A stretch of 64,000 bases of DNA from Pecten maximus (GCF_902652985.1 NC_047028.1:1116001-1180000); one strand, 5' to 3'; counted from the stretch's first letter, positions 1 through 13,810 are shown. A program made the numbers and translations. Notes: generated from the sequence alone by a model not told the origin.

Positions 1-44
1 AACCTCCGATTCTAGTAATTCATTGGAATCAGTGTAAACCCTCG

Positions 45-3000
45 TGTCCAATAATTAACCCTAACGTCAATGTAACGTTGTATCGAGTAATTTATCAATG
101 TAAACTAAGTATCGAGTAATTTACCCTAACATCAATGTAACCTTGTCTCGAGTAATTTACCCTGACATCAATGTAAACTCGTTATCAAGTAATTTACCCT
201 AACATTAATGTAAACTCGGTATCGAGTAATTTACCCTAACATCAATGTAACGTTGTATCGAGTAATTTACCCTAACATCAATGTAAACTCGTTATCGAGT
301 AATTTACCCTAACATCAATGTAAACTCGGTATCGAGTAATTTACCCTAACATCAATGTAACGTTGTATCGAGTAATTTACCCTAACATCAATGTAAACTC
401 GTTATCGAGTAATTTCCCCTAACATCAATGTAAACTCGGTATCGAGTAATTTACCCTAACATCAATGTAACCTTGTATCGAGTAATTTACCCTAACATTA
501 ATGTAACCTTGTATCGAGTAATTTACCCTAACATCAATGTTAACTTGTAATCGAGTAATTTACCCTAACATCAATTGTTAACTCGTTATCGAGTAATTTA
601 CCCTAACATCAATGTAACTTTGTATCGAGTAATTTACCCTAACATCAATGTTAACTCGTTATCGAGTAATTTACCCTAACATTAATGTAAACTCGGTATC
701 GAGTAATTTACCCTAACATCAATGTAAACTCAGTATCGAGTAATTTACTCTGACATCAATGTAACCTTGTATCGAGTAATTTACCCTAACATTAATGTAA
801 ACTCGGTATCGAGTAATTTACCCTAACATCAATGTAAACTCTGTATCGAGTAATTTACCCTAACATCAATGTAACCTTGTATCGAGTAATTTACCCTAAC
901 ATCAATGTAAACTCTGTATCGAGTAATTTACCCTAACATCAATGTTCCCTTGTTTCGATTAATTTACCCTAACATTAATGAAAACTCGTTATCGATTAAT
1001 TTACTCTGACATCAATGTAACCTTGTATCGAGTAATTTACCCTAACATCAATGTAACCTTGTTATCGAGTAATTTACCCTAACATCAATGTTAACTTGTT
1101 ATCGAGTAATTTACCCTTACATCAATGTAAACTCGGTATCGAGTAATTTACCCTTACATTAATGTAAACTCGGTATCGACTAATGTACCCTAACATAAAT
1201 GTTAACTCGTTATCGAGTAATTTACCCTTACATTAATGTAAACTCGGTATCGAGTTATTTACCCTCACATCAATGTAACCTTGTATCGAGTAATTTACCC
1301 TAACATCAATGTAACTTTGTATCGAGTAATTTACCCTTACATTAATGTAAACTCGGTATCGAGTAATTTACCTTAACATTAATGTAAACTCGGTATCGAG
1401 TAATTTACCCTTACATTAATGTAACCTTGTATCGAGTAATTTACCCTTACATCAATGTAACCTTATATCGAGTAATTTACCCTTACATCAAGGTAATCTT
1501 AGTATCGAGTAATTGACCCTAACATCAATGTAACCTTGTATCGAGTAATTTACCCTAACATCAATGTAAACTCAGTATCGAGTAATTTACCCTAACATCA
1601 ATGTAAACTCGTTATCGAGTAATTTACCCTAACATCAATGTAAACTTAGTATCGAGTAATTTACCCTTACATCAATGTAACCTTGTATCGAGTAATTTAC
1701 CCTAACATCAGTGTAACCTTGTATCGAGTAATTTACCCTAAAATCAATGTAAACTCGTTATCGAGTAATTTACCCTTACATCAATGTAAACTCGTTATCG
1801 AGTAATTTACCTTAACATCAATGTAAACTCGGTATCGAGTAATTTACCCTTACATAAATGTAAACTCGGTATCGAGTAATTTACCCTAACATCAATGTTA
1901 CCTTGTATCGAGTAATTTACCCTAACATCAATGTAAACTCGGTATCGAGTAATTTACCCTAACATCAATGTAAACTCGGTATCGAGTAATTTACCCTTAC
2001 ATCAATGTGAACTCGGTATCGAGTAATTTACCCTAACATCAATGTAACTTTGTATCGAGTAATTTACCCTTACATCAATGTAAACTCAATATCGAGTAAT
2101 TTACCCTAACATCAATGTAAACACGTTATCGAGTAATTTACCCTTACATTAATGTAACCGTGTATCGAGTAATTTACCCTTACATTAATGTAAACTCGGT
2201 ATCGAGTAATTTACCCTAACATCAATGTAACCTTGTATCGAGTAATTTACCCTAACATCAATGTAACCTTGTATCGAGTAATTTACCCTAAAATCAATGT
2301 AAACTCGTTATCGAGTAATTTACCCTTACATCAATGTAAACTCGTTATCGAGTAATTTACCCTAACATCAATGTAAACTCGTTATCGAGTAATTTACCCT
2401 TACATCAATGTAAACTCGGTATCGAGTAATTTACCCTAACATCAATGTAACCTTGTATCGAGTAATTTACCCTAACATCAATGTAAACTCGGTATCGAGT
2501 AATTTACCCTAACATCAATGTTACCTTGTATCGAGTAATTTACCCTAACATCAATGTAAACTCGGTATCGAGTAATTTACCCTAACATCAATGTAAACTC
2601 GGTATCGAGTAATTTACCCTTACATCAATGTGAACTCGGTATCGAGTAATTTACCCTAACATCAATGTAACTTTGTATCGAGTAATTTACCCTTACATCA
2701 ATGTAAACTCAATATCGAGTAATTTACCCTTACATCAATGTAAACACGTTATCGAGTAATTTACCCTTACATTAATGTAACCGTGTATCGAGTAATTTAC
2801 CCTTACATTAATGTAAACTCGGTATCGAGTAATTTACCCTTACATTAATGTAAACTCAGTATCGAGTAATTTACCCTTACACCATTGTAACCTTGCCTCG
2901 AGTAATTTACCCTAACATTAATGTAAACTCGTTATCGAGTAATTTACCCTTACATCAATGTAAACTCGTTATCGAGTAATTTACCCTAACATCAATGTAA

Positions 3001-3903
3001 ACTCGTTATCGAGTAATTTACCCTTACATCAATGTAAACTCGGTATCGAGTAATTTACCCTAACATCAATGTAACCTTGTATCGAGTAATTTACCCTAAC
3101 ATCAATGTAAACTCGGTATCGAGTAATTTACCCTAACATCAATGTTACCTTGTATCGAGTAATTTACCCTAACATCAATGTAAACTCGGTATCGAGTAAT
3201 TTACCCTAACATCAATGTAAACTCGGTATCGAGTAATTTACCCTTACATCAATGTGAACTCGGTATCGAGTAATTTACCCTAACATCAATGTAACTTTGT
3301 ATCGAGTAATTTACCCTTACATCAATGTAAACTCAATATCGAGTAATTTACCCTTACATCAATGTAAACACGTTATCGAGTAATTTACCCTTACATTAAT
3401 GTAACCGTGTATCGAGTAATTTACCCTTACATTAATGTAAACTCGGTATCGAGTAATTTACCCTAACATCAATGTAACCTTGTATCGAGTAATTTACCCT
3501 TACATTAATGTAAACTCGGTATCGAGTAATTTACCCTAACATCAATGTAAACTCGGTATCGAGTAATTTACCCTTACATTAATGTAAACTCAGTATCGAG
3601 TAATTTACCCTTACATTAATGTAAACTCGTTATCGAGTAATTTACCCTAACACCATTGTAACCTTGCCTCGAGTAATTTACCCTAACATTAATGTAAACT
3701 CGTTATCGAGTAATTTACCCTTACATTAATGTAAACTCGGTATCTAGTAATTTACCCTAACATCAATGTAAACTCGTTATCGAGTAATTTACCCTGACAT
3801 CAATGTAAACTCGGTATCTAGTAATTTACCCTAACATCAATGTAAACTCGTTATCGAGTAATTTACCCTGACATCAATGTTAACCACGTATAGAGTAATT
3901 TAC
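45..3903. repeat. Tandem array, 36/37-bp unit (atcgagtaatttaccctaacatcaatgtaaactcggt), ~105 copies, with ~623-bp higher-order repeat
   Basis: Unit read directly. The rare variant 'gtgaactcgg' recurs at ~2007, ~2630 and ~3254 (spacing 623/624 bp). Confidence 0.97.
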
Positions 3904-3969
3904 ATTGATTACAGCAACTGTCTTGTTGATTCGATATTGAAGGACTTGTTCCAATATCACGATTTCATT

Positions 3970-4495
3970 TAACAATTAAACGCTTGGTAGATTGTATTTA
4001 TTGGCAAGATCACTGCAATGTGCATGACAGATAAATAGAATGACGCCCGTTAGGGCGTCATGAATATTTATCTGTCAACCAGATTGCATTGATATTGACA
4101 ATAAATACAATCTACCAAGCGTTTAATTGTTATATCTACATTAAGACACGTTAAACTCCACTTCCTCTTTGCTAAATCTGGGGTTTAAGCTCAGCTATTC
4201 CCCTGTTTGTTCAATTGAAAGAACGGCACGTATGAAATCGATTTCATTGTAGTGCTTGGCTTGCATTCAAATCCATGTGTAATACAAAGCCTCGGCGTGA
4301 CTATGATCAACAAAGCACCAAAATGACGTCATATTTACGCGATTGTTCTAAGCCGAAATCCTTGCTAGTTTTGATTCACCCGCAAGGCATTGGCAAACAT
4401 TTTTTTTGACGCTGACGGAAGTGACGTCACGTGATCTGGGCTGCATTTAGTTTAACACGGGAGTAATTAGAGACTATCACACAGAATGTAAATAT
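3970..4495 (+). mobile_element. Non-autonomous element beginning with a ~163-bp fold-back hairpin (3970-4132)
   Basis: taacaattaaacgcttggtagattgtatttatt ... aataaatacaatctaccaagcgtttaattgtta, with centre atgacgccc-gtta-gggcgtcat. The right boundary (aatgtaaatat, 4485-4495, near-inverted to atatctacatt after the hairpin) is tentative. Confidence 0.6.
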
Positions 4496-5374
4496 TGACA
4501 GATGTAGACTGCTGATGGGAAACTTAACAATGAAAGGTTTCGTAGGCGTTCCTTCTAAAGTTATAAATATATGTATATATAAAGAAATGGTGTGTTTATT
4601 TATGTTTATATGTTGATATATACCTGTGGATGATAGGTATTCTTTAGCGTCGTTCATAAATACGTTTTCTTAGTACCCTTAGTTGACTCATTCAGGAATA
4701 TCCAGATCTGGTATTGCTACCATTATTACCCACCTATCCCAATTTAATAAACAGAGCCGTATGGTACTCAATACGTTCTTCTGGTTTATTGAATCTACCC
4801 TGTCATTAACCGCTTGAATAAACAAACAATATATGTATTTGTATCGGCAATTGTCAAGAAATATGATAACATCATGTGAAAAAAATGGCGAGGGAATACC
4901 TAAATGGTCGGGCACTTAAGGTGTGTCGGAATAAATACGGGCTAGATGTGCGTTATCTTCATATATAATACCTGGTGTATATCGAAAACAAGAAAGGAAC
5001 ATAAAGGTAAGTCCTTCTTACACAGACTCGAGTGTACCATTCCATAGATCATATAACTCATAACTTTGAGAAAATATGCGAAAACTTTCTCATTTATTTT
5101 CCTGTGGGACTAGTTTTTTTAGACGTTTATCATTACAAAGACAATCACGTAATATCATCACGGCGTCTGGTGTTCATGACGTCACACTAGTGTCATTTGT
5201 ATTGTGATATGTATAACATCCGTATGGCATGAGAGCATATGTGGTATAAGTAACTACGTCAAGTTTTGTGTAATATATATCAACGTCTCATTTGATTATT
5301 TATGTTTTGGTATAAACAAGTAGGAACTAATCTCCGTGGTAAATTTACTTCCTAAATGTCGGATACATACTAAC

Positions 5375-5910
5375 ACCATATGTTGTGTGGTGGAGTATTT
5401 ACCACATGTGTGGTTGATTATTTACCATATGTTGTGTGGTGGAGTATTTACCATATGTTGTGTGGTTGAGTATTTACCATATGTTGTGTGGTGGAGTATT
5501 TACCATATGTTGTGTGGTTGAGTATTTACCATATGTTGTGTGGTTGAGTATTTACCATATGTTGTGTGGTTGAGTATTTACCATATGTTGTGTGGTTGAG
5601 TATTTACCATATGTTGTGTGGTTGAGTATTTACCATATGTTGTGTGGTTGAGTATTTACCATATGTTGTGTGGTTGAGTATTTGCCATATGTTGTGTGGT
5701 TGAGTATTTACCATATGTTGTGTGGTTGATTATTTACCATATGTTGTGTGGTGGAGTATTTACCATATGTTGTGTGGTTGAGTATTTACCATATGTCGTG
5801 TGGTTGATTATTTACCATATGTTGTGTGGTTGATTATTTACCATATGTTGTGGGGTTGAGTATTTACCATATGTTGTGTGGTTGAGTATTTACCATATAG
5901 TTGTTGTTGA
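5375..5910. repeat. Tandem array, 26-bp unit (tttaccatatgttgtgtggttgagta), ~20 copies
   Basis: Direct reading. Confidence 0.96.
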
Positions 5911-6231
5911 GATATTGATTTCGTCAAAAAAAAATGATACAATGAAAAAAAATCAGGCGATATAGTAAAATAGTTTTGCCGCGAATAGCGTCGACAGTAA
6001 GACCAATTATCAATATAGCTCCAATTCACATGAGATTATAGGCGTCACAATTAATGGACTTTACATGGCGCGAGTAGTAATGTACGTTGACTACACCATG
6101 TGACGTGCTCCCACTGAACACTGACATTGTTTTAGGAGACCTAGCTATATACATGTACATGTAGGAGTGGGGTCACATCTAATGGTGAATGATGAAGGAG
6201 GAGCTATTTGAGCTGGCGCAGTAGGTCTAAC

Positions 6232-6777
6232 TACTGTATATCTAGTATGTTTCTCCCCAGGTTATTTTCGCCCTTGAGCAACACAAAAGATATTCGCCCC
6301 GTTTTAATTTCGCCCTAAACTATTTTTACAATCGGAAAATTCCGTTCGGAATTCTCGACCAATTGCACTCGAAACACTCGGGATTTATTCGTTCCTCCAT
6401 TTTCTTTTCTTTGCATATCCCGCTGAGGTGTGAAATGTAATCAGGTGTGAAATATACAACGTTTACCTGTGTTCAGATTTACTTTTAGCCTATATTGATT
6501 CAAATAGTATCAGGAATGCATGATCAATTTTAAGCAAACATGAAGAGTGGTAAATTCACCGTGCCGTGACTAATTACTGACCAGCTTTTTCTCTTGTTCA
6601 ATTGTCATCGATGGAAGCCACATGTGACGATGAACTCATAAAATAAGTCTATGTACGATGACTTGTAAATCCTTCAATTGACCTTGAATTTTTCGCTGTC
6701 ATCTTAAATTCGCCCTATCATCAAAAGGCGAAAATGGCGAAAATTAAAAGGGGGCGAAAATTACCAGGTATACAGTA
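6232..6777. mobile_element. MITE / non-autonomous DNA transposon with TA-flanked TIRs (Tc1/mariner-pogo style)
   Basis: Left end tactgtatatctagtatgtttctcccc vs right end ggggcgaaaattaccaggtatacagta (imperfect inverted repeat). Subterminal ttcgccc/ggcgaaa repeats. Confidence 0.75.
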
Positions 6778-7511
6778 TACGGTTACCATCACCGACAGAC
6801 AAAATGTTTGGTATATGTTGAGGCTATCTGTATTCTTATGTCTTATTGAACAATCTGTGTTGGAGGAGGCACCTCAGCATCTAAACACTTCTGAACCAGA
6901 TGTTTCCTCATGCTGCAAAGAATAGTTTGTTTACATTTAGAGCCTGACTATAAATAGCTTGTAAACAATACCAAGCGTTGTTTTAGTGTAAACAATACGT
7001 TGATAATAGTTAGATACATTATAATTATGTAGTATTTGTCATTAGATGGTTTAAGTCTACCGTGTATTCTACCTGTTGTTGGCCTGTCTCCTGTCAATGA
7101 TCAGTCAGCACTCTGCTTCATTTATTTTACCAGTTAGAATATATTCTTTATCCCCGTGTCATTGGTCCAAGGTGTGTCAGGATAACGGATATTGATATGA
7201 TTGACTAATTTTAAAACACATTTTAAAATCCTGAAAGTAAGCAATGAACCTTCGCTTTCTAATCCATGTAACACAACATTCTACAGATGTCTAGATGCTA
7301 TTTCATAATTTCAAAAATAAAATAATTACACGGTAAGCATGTTATTGTTACTAAATTTGAAACTAATGCAATGATTTGTCGATCAATCTCAGCAAAACAT
7401 AAACTTACCTAGCTGTTTCAGGGCCATGTATTTTATAGCCAAGAAAGGGGACTTTCATCAGTTTGATATGACCATATATAATCCAACTAAATACATAACT
7501 GATAATTAATA

Positions 7512-7770
7512 GGTCCGATCCTATACGTAATCTCTCCGATCCTGTAAATCGTCTTTTGGTTCGGTGTGCGCAGTGCGTTTATGTGGAAAATACTCAATAA
7601 TTCATATTATTTTGTTAAAAGTGTGCATTGTTAAAAGTATGCAATAATGTTTTAAATATGCCAGTTTAAAACCAAAATAAATACATTGGCATAGCATAAA
7701 CGGTCCGATTCTACTCCGATCCTGCCCGATTCTGCCCGATCCTGCCCGATCCTGTAAATCGTCTAACCCG
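7512..7770. repeat. Short dispersed/tandem ccgatcctg repeats, probably a transposon end remnant
   Basis: ccgatcctgtaaatcgtct occurs twice (~7536 and ~7746), with several ccgatcctgc-like units between 7705 and 7755. Confidence 0.45.
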
Positions 7771-9550
7771 CATTTTACTGGGTATTTTTTCTTTGAATAA
7801 TTTGTACCAGAAACCCAGATTGTTTATGTATCATCAACAGCGTAGGCCCTTGGCTTGATTTTTCTTGTGTCCCGTGTTTACACCTGTTCTTCTTTAGTCT
7901 GTCTCTCTTATGAATAAACTGTATACTTGTTGTCGTCGTCAAACCCTAACTCGATATCACCCCATTTCAAGTCATTGACTTCTTTTCTTATTTGTAATAA
8001 ATAACTATATTAACTCGTTATTGCTTTAAACCATCCGGAAATGGTGTTCATTTACGAGTAACTAACAAACTTTGGCATGGTTTATTGCAGAACCGCACAG
8101 TTTAAACCTAGGTATAAATGGCTTGTCAAGCATTTAAATATTGTTTATCTCGTGGTTGATATTTACATGTGTTCGTGTGAGTTATTGATTTAATGTGAAC
8201 GCTGGGAAGCCATGTATACAAGTTTGAAACTAAAACAACATTTTGGAGACGGATATTTTAACGCTTCTTTTGAAAGATTACTGTGATATTTCACTCATAA
8301 ATATTTCATAGATACACTGAAGAACATGTCGCTCAGGTGTGGCACGATATAATGAATACCTGGTGTGTGTACACACATGATAGAACTTTGACTGGTATCA
8401 TTATCATCATACTCAAATATTCCCTGCAAGTGGTAGAGCATTTAAAAAGGATTAATCGATCTGTAGGCCAGCTAGCTTATAGGTATCAGCGTTGCTAACT
8501 CTAACTCTCACCTGACTAGAAATGTTTAGGAAAATAATAGTTTCATTAAGTTCATATTTCGTGATCCATCGGTGGAAGGTGAATATAATTGTGCAGTTAT
8601 GTGTTACGATGAATGATCACAACTTATCAATAAGTCCTCGTATATCCCGAACGTGACATTTGAACGAACTTCTATAGTAGAGAGTTTCCGCAATGTTCCA
8701 TCCTACATACTCTACTAATGATAATACCATAGTTGTACTTCCCGAATTCATTGTTCTGTTTTTCTGATCCCGGTTTAACACAAACCATATAATGAATTAG
8801 ACTGTTACCCTTAAGAAATACGTGGTCTTATTTCACGTCTTACATTTTGAAGATTTTCCAGATTTTGTGAATTTCGAGCTAAAATCGTAGTTTCGTTTTG
8901 ATGTCGATGTTTATCATATGAATCCATGGAAGAAATACGGCTTGAAAAACGGAGTAATTACTGACAAGGGAGATAACAAGCTTGTTATTCATTCAAATAT
9001 CACGATATGTACAATGTACGACCTTTTACGGAACATTGGAGATCCGGAAATGGACGTGTTTGACACCATTACCGAAGAGATGTTCGTAACCGGGTGTTAC
9101 CACAATAAGTACCAGAAGGTTGACCAAGGCAACAGGACAACATATAGGAGGAACCCGGCACAAATAAGGAAGTTTTATCATCAGTTAACGAATGATTTTC
9201 TATGCAGATAAACTACACAATGATTAGCATTGCATAACACTTACTACTTTTTTACACTACATTGCTGATATCAGCACACTAACATGCTATCTGTCAATCA
9301 AGTAATGTTCTTTCTTCAATTAAAGTCCTGACTGGATTGATCATTTTGCAATGTTTGACGTAACCAGACGTCAATCTTACAGGTGGCGACTATATATATC
9401 GAAAATTTCTGTATAATCCGGCCAAACACTGATATTGAGTTTGTTTTTATTGTTGTTATAATAGTGACGGAGTGTGTAATAGATACAGGGTAAAGGGGAC
9501 TACAATGATACATATGCTCGTCAAATAGGGGACAGATTAAAGATCAAGGA

Positions 9551-10087
9551 TTGGTTTGGTTTGGTTTATTTTGTTTAACGTTCTATTAACAGCTAAGGTC
9601 ATTTAAAGACGGCCTCCCGTGCCTGCGACATGTATGCGTGTGGTGAGTGCGTATGTGTGTTTTGGGAGGCTGCTGTATGTTCGTGTTAAGTCTCCTTGTG
9701 ATAGGCCGGAACTTTTGCCGATTTATAGTGCTACCTCACTGAAGCATACTGCCGAAGACACCCAGCAGCACACCCCACCCGGTCACATTATACTGACAAC
9801 GGGCGAACCAGTCGTCCCACTCCAAATATGCTGAGCGCTAAGCAGGAGTAGCAACTACCATTTTTAAAGACTCTGGTATGTCTCAGCTAGGGGACAGAAC
9901 CCAAAGCCTTCCTCACAGGGGCGAACGCTCAACTAAAGGCCAAAAGTGAGGCATTGTCAAGGGAGACATTAGGAAGAAGAAAGTTGTTCAGAAAGAAGAG
10001 AAAAGATAAGATCCCAAATTTGGTCGCCTCATACGATCATGCAATGGGGGCAGCAGGTACAATTCTTACGCCCTACCTGCAGGGCAG
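9551..10087 (-). mobile_element. Full-length SINE: structured 5' head, tRNA-like segment, Meta-like core domain, (aaacc)n tail
   Basis: Exact 13-bp TSD taaagatcaagga at 9538-9550 and 10088-10100. Minus-strand core aaaaatggtagttgctactcctgcttagcgctcagcat resembles the MetaSINE domain (recalled, not searched). Tail ...acgttaaacaaaataaaccaaaccaaaccaa. Confidence 0.88.
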
Positions 10088-10920
10088 TAAAGATCAAGGA
10101 ATGGAAACTTCACGTGTAATGATTTTTTATCCTCAACACACATTGGTAACGATCGTACTTAGTCTCTCACCAAAAACAGCTTGTTCTATTTGGATTATTC
10201 TGTTGCAATTGATAAAAAATATTTATTGTTTGGGAGTATATAAAGGCATCCATCAGCAGCTGACGTTTAAAATGTGTTATCACTCTTTCTTGAGAAATAG
10301 TTGAGGGACATTTCTCAAATTAAATACCATTCATTAGGTAGGTTTAGTTTTCACAGCACCAACACGGTCCTTAAAGAGTTGGTTTCTGGGATCTGCTGTT
10401 AGAAACTCTGGTGCATGTATGTCTTGGCCAGGGGAAAGAAACCAATGCTTTCCTCGCACGTTAAGCGATAATCCCAATGTAAGCATTTTGGCGGCTCTTA
10501 GATTAGGGTAACCCGTAATACCAACTCCCCATAATGTAGAACATTTACCAGAATCATTAGAAGTACACTCCAGCTGTTCCATCCACAATGCTCATAACTA
10601 ATGTGTTGGGTATCATAATGGTGCGAAAAGAATTTTGTGTCCTCTACCAAGACGCGCGGAAACAACCTAGATAGATATACTTATTGAAACAGTTGGTATA
10701 TATATATCTCCTCTCCCAATAACTCATCATATGGGAACATCAATTACATTGTGACCTTGCATTAATCGCCCACATGTCAATACAAATGGAAACCTTCAAA
10801 CTGTTACTGTACTGTCAGCAAGCCTAATTGTCAGAACTGTTTAGTCGACTGACAATACAGAATGATTGATGAGATGTCATGTTGCTATATCTAAGTTAAG
10901 ATATTTGAGTGTTAGTAGTT

Positions 10921-11105
10921 CTAGGTAGGACATAAGATTTGTATATTTTCCCCTCATTGCATGAACGGAAGAGGCAACTAAATTTGGGATCTGATCTTTT
11001 CTCTCCTCCCATAAAAACGTTCTTCTTCCTAATGTATTTCGGGTTCTTTGTCCTGGTCGAGACATACCGTAGTCTATTATAATAATAGTTGCTACTCCTG
11101 CTCAA
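10921..11105 (+). mobile_element. Degenerate, internally deleted copy of the same SINE in opposite orientation
   Basis: cattgcatgaacggaagaggcaactaaatttgggatct and gagacatacc...tagttgctactcctgct match the reverse complement of parts of 9840-10080. Confidence 0.8.
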
Positions 11106-11629
11106 GTAGATTAATTGTAAATGTAAGTAATAACCTTGTATTTGTGTAGGCTACGAGATCAGAAATCCAATATAGGAGTCAGTAAATTGATCATAACTCA
11201 TGTTCCAATGAATATTATATGATCTTACATGACTAAAAAGGTAAATCCGTATATATTCCCCAGCGGTACATCAACATCAGTTATTAACAAATATATACAT
11301 GTAGTGAATACTTACATGGCACTTTGTGTTAAAAAAAATGATATGTGCATGCGATGACACAGAGTCAAAGAATGGCATTTTATCGTATCATTTCCTCCCT
11401 CATTTACAAATTAGTCTCCCATTTGACTTGTTTAAGACTTTTCTGTCGCCCCTAGGATATGAGAGATGGCACGCTGTTGCACCAGTACAATAGCGTCACC
11501 GCGACAATACAATGACGTCACGGCAATAATCAAATTACATTTCGGTAACGATGCAATCACATCACGTCAACGCTTTGTTGAATTGCAATATTTTTTTCTT
11601 AATATATAAACAACTGAACACTTTAATTA

Positions 11630-11968
11630 AAACAACCAGTTCCATTGAGGACGTGACAGCGATATCTCAAGCCCGCTGGGTTATATGTTTGATCGTCTTA
11701 CCCTCTAAAACGCCTCGGGCGTCTGCTCCCAATCTCTTTATGGCTCTGAGACCCCCAACTAAACGGGATAGTGTTGTCCCATGACGTTATATTTACCATT
11801 GTATGGCACTGCCACTATATAACCCTACCAATTCAGTTGTGTGTTCACCAGCCTATGAACTGCCAACAGGAAGTGATCTCTGCTACTGGTAAGCGCGGGA
11901 AATTTGAATTTGAAAATTTCAAAACTAAAATCGTATGACAAATAAAAAATCGCAGATGGTAAATATAA
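11630..11968 (+). mobile_element. Degenerate split-hairpin non-autonomous element
   Basis: Decayed palindrome ~11640-11790 (centre gcctcgggc). Perfect 13-bp inverted pair ttatatttaccat (11787-11799) / atggtaaatataa (11956-11968). Confidence 0.5.
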
Positions 11969-12990
11969 GAATTGAACGGCTTTCAGTTGGCATTCATAGT
12001 CAATATAAATGCCAACTGAAAGCCGTTCAATGCTTAAGTGAATGTTCCTGCATTATCAGAGCAATGGTCCTACACCTATCGACTTTACTCAATCGCGGCG
12101 TTTTGCTGTACAATCGCTTCGAAAAGAAATGTTGTGTAAAAGATCTGTGCTATTCCAGTGTTCAATTTGAAAGGATTTAACAGCATATATGGTGAAAGAG
12201 TACCCAAGATCCACGCTTTCTTGAAAAAAATGCTGAAAGCATGCATCCTCGAGCGTGGTCCAGGTCGACTGAATTTTAATTGAAGAACATTTGCACAGTG
12301 CAAGGTGTGTGTGGCATTTGTAGATTGAATAGCGGTATTTCGCGTTGCTCCTTCAAGTTAAAGTAAATACATGTTTAACTCTAATTTTGTTCCTGTTAGG
12401 TATTCAGAATTCATGTTTTATGCATAAATGGTGTAAGTTGATCAGCCCCAAGGCCAACATATCTAGTATATTGTTAATTGCTTACACCTTATTGTAAAAA
12501 AAAATATCAATTTAAAAGCTAGAACAACCTGTTAAATAAAATAATTTATTGCATTTTTGCCAGAGAAATACAGAAATTTATCAAACTTATAAAACTTGTA
12601 TTTTCACTGAAGCGAAAATATAAGTTTTCCGTTTCAGAGCGAACCTTTGTATTCACATCGTTGAAACTTGCCGATTTTTCAATCGAAGCAGAGATAGATA
12701 AATTGGTTATTTTGCTGTATTTCTGAAATTTCCAGACTAGTTTTTGACAAAATACTCACTTGACGTTAGCTATTCATGCACAGATTCTCCGATAACAGCA
12801 GTAAACCTTTAAATTGCGTTGATCAGTCCTTCGAAAATGGCGCCGTAAAGTTGACGTAGAGTAAAGTCACAAAGAGATGACGTCATTACTGATTCCCGCA
12901 CTTTTTGTGACTTTTGATTTTTCAATGTTTTTAATTTTGCCTTTAAGTTTATGAAATACAATAAAAAGAAAATGGAATGGTTTCCCGTTA

Positions 12991-13101
12991 GATATAACAT
13001 ACCTTTCACACGTATACCAGAATATTTCGATATTTTTCACTCGTGTTTCGCACTCGTGAACACATCGATATTCCGTCATACTCGTGAAGTATATGTTATA
13101 T
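12991..13101. mobile_element. ~110-bp imperfect fold-back hairpin, end of a non-autonomous element
   Basis: atataacata...ttcac(a)cg...tcgat / atcga...cgtgaa...tatgttatat arms, with centre cactcgtgtttcgcactcgtg. Partner end not located. Confidence 0.55.
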
Positions 13102-13810
13102 TAAACGTGGGGCCATTCAATATCCTCTATTAAGTGTATATTGACATTAAGATTACTGTACTACAAATCACGTACACGTGTAAGCCCTGTTGGAGTAACT
13201 ACGACGTATCGTTCAGCACGTATGTCGCGCCGTGCAAATTAACGTCAGTTATGTAAACCAGCTAAACAAAATGAGTTAACTAGATATGATCATCTGGCGG
13301 GAGTTTCTGATTATCAGTGATGGATTCACAAATATCTTCAGATGTTAAAACATAAATTAACTTATGTTAACACAAGCATGAACCCTTTATAGACATTTAA
13401 ATGATCGTACGTGTGAGGTGTAGATAAACAGTATATATAGCGGACATCAAGGAACTACCTATCGTAGGGTCCTTATATCCGGTTTCTTACTTTTACTTCA
13501 CCTTAAAACCAATCTATGATTTTTTATTGAATTAAATGCCGCGCAATTCATGATACATGCATTTTAAAACCCTAATGCATGATAATCAACACATGTAACA
13601 ACATGTTTTATATTATCAAAATAAGCGTTGGTCGAGAGTTCTCGATTCAGAGTTAAATGTTCTATATTTATAGAGATATGTATTATAACCGGACAGGAAA
13701 TCTCAAGATCAATGTGGATGTCTATATATTTAAAATGGTGATCAGAGCATTTCAAAAAGGTTTGTAGATTAATGTATCAATCTTATTGATTAGCTGCACT
13801 GTACATACAT

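Noticed and set aside
45-3903. Telomeric repeat (ccctaa in each unit; also cctaa in the 57-59 kb array and ttaggg at ~29850)
   Set aside because: Only one hexamer per unit and never tandem, so not a telomere tract.
8918-9211. 97-aa ORF MNPWKKYG...
   Set aside because: No recognisable motif or supporting exon chain; left unannotated.
9880-9950. tRNA gene
   Set aside because: Only a degenerate tRNA-like segment within a TSD-bounded SINE; no full cloverleaf.
10334-10680. GC-richer, coding-looking segment (84-aa minus ORF; also a possible plus-strand exon at ~10357-10478)
   Set aside because: Upstream in-frame stops, no recognisable family, and it could not be linked to other exons.
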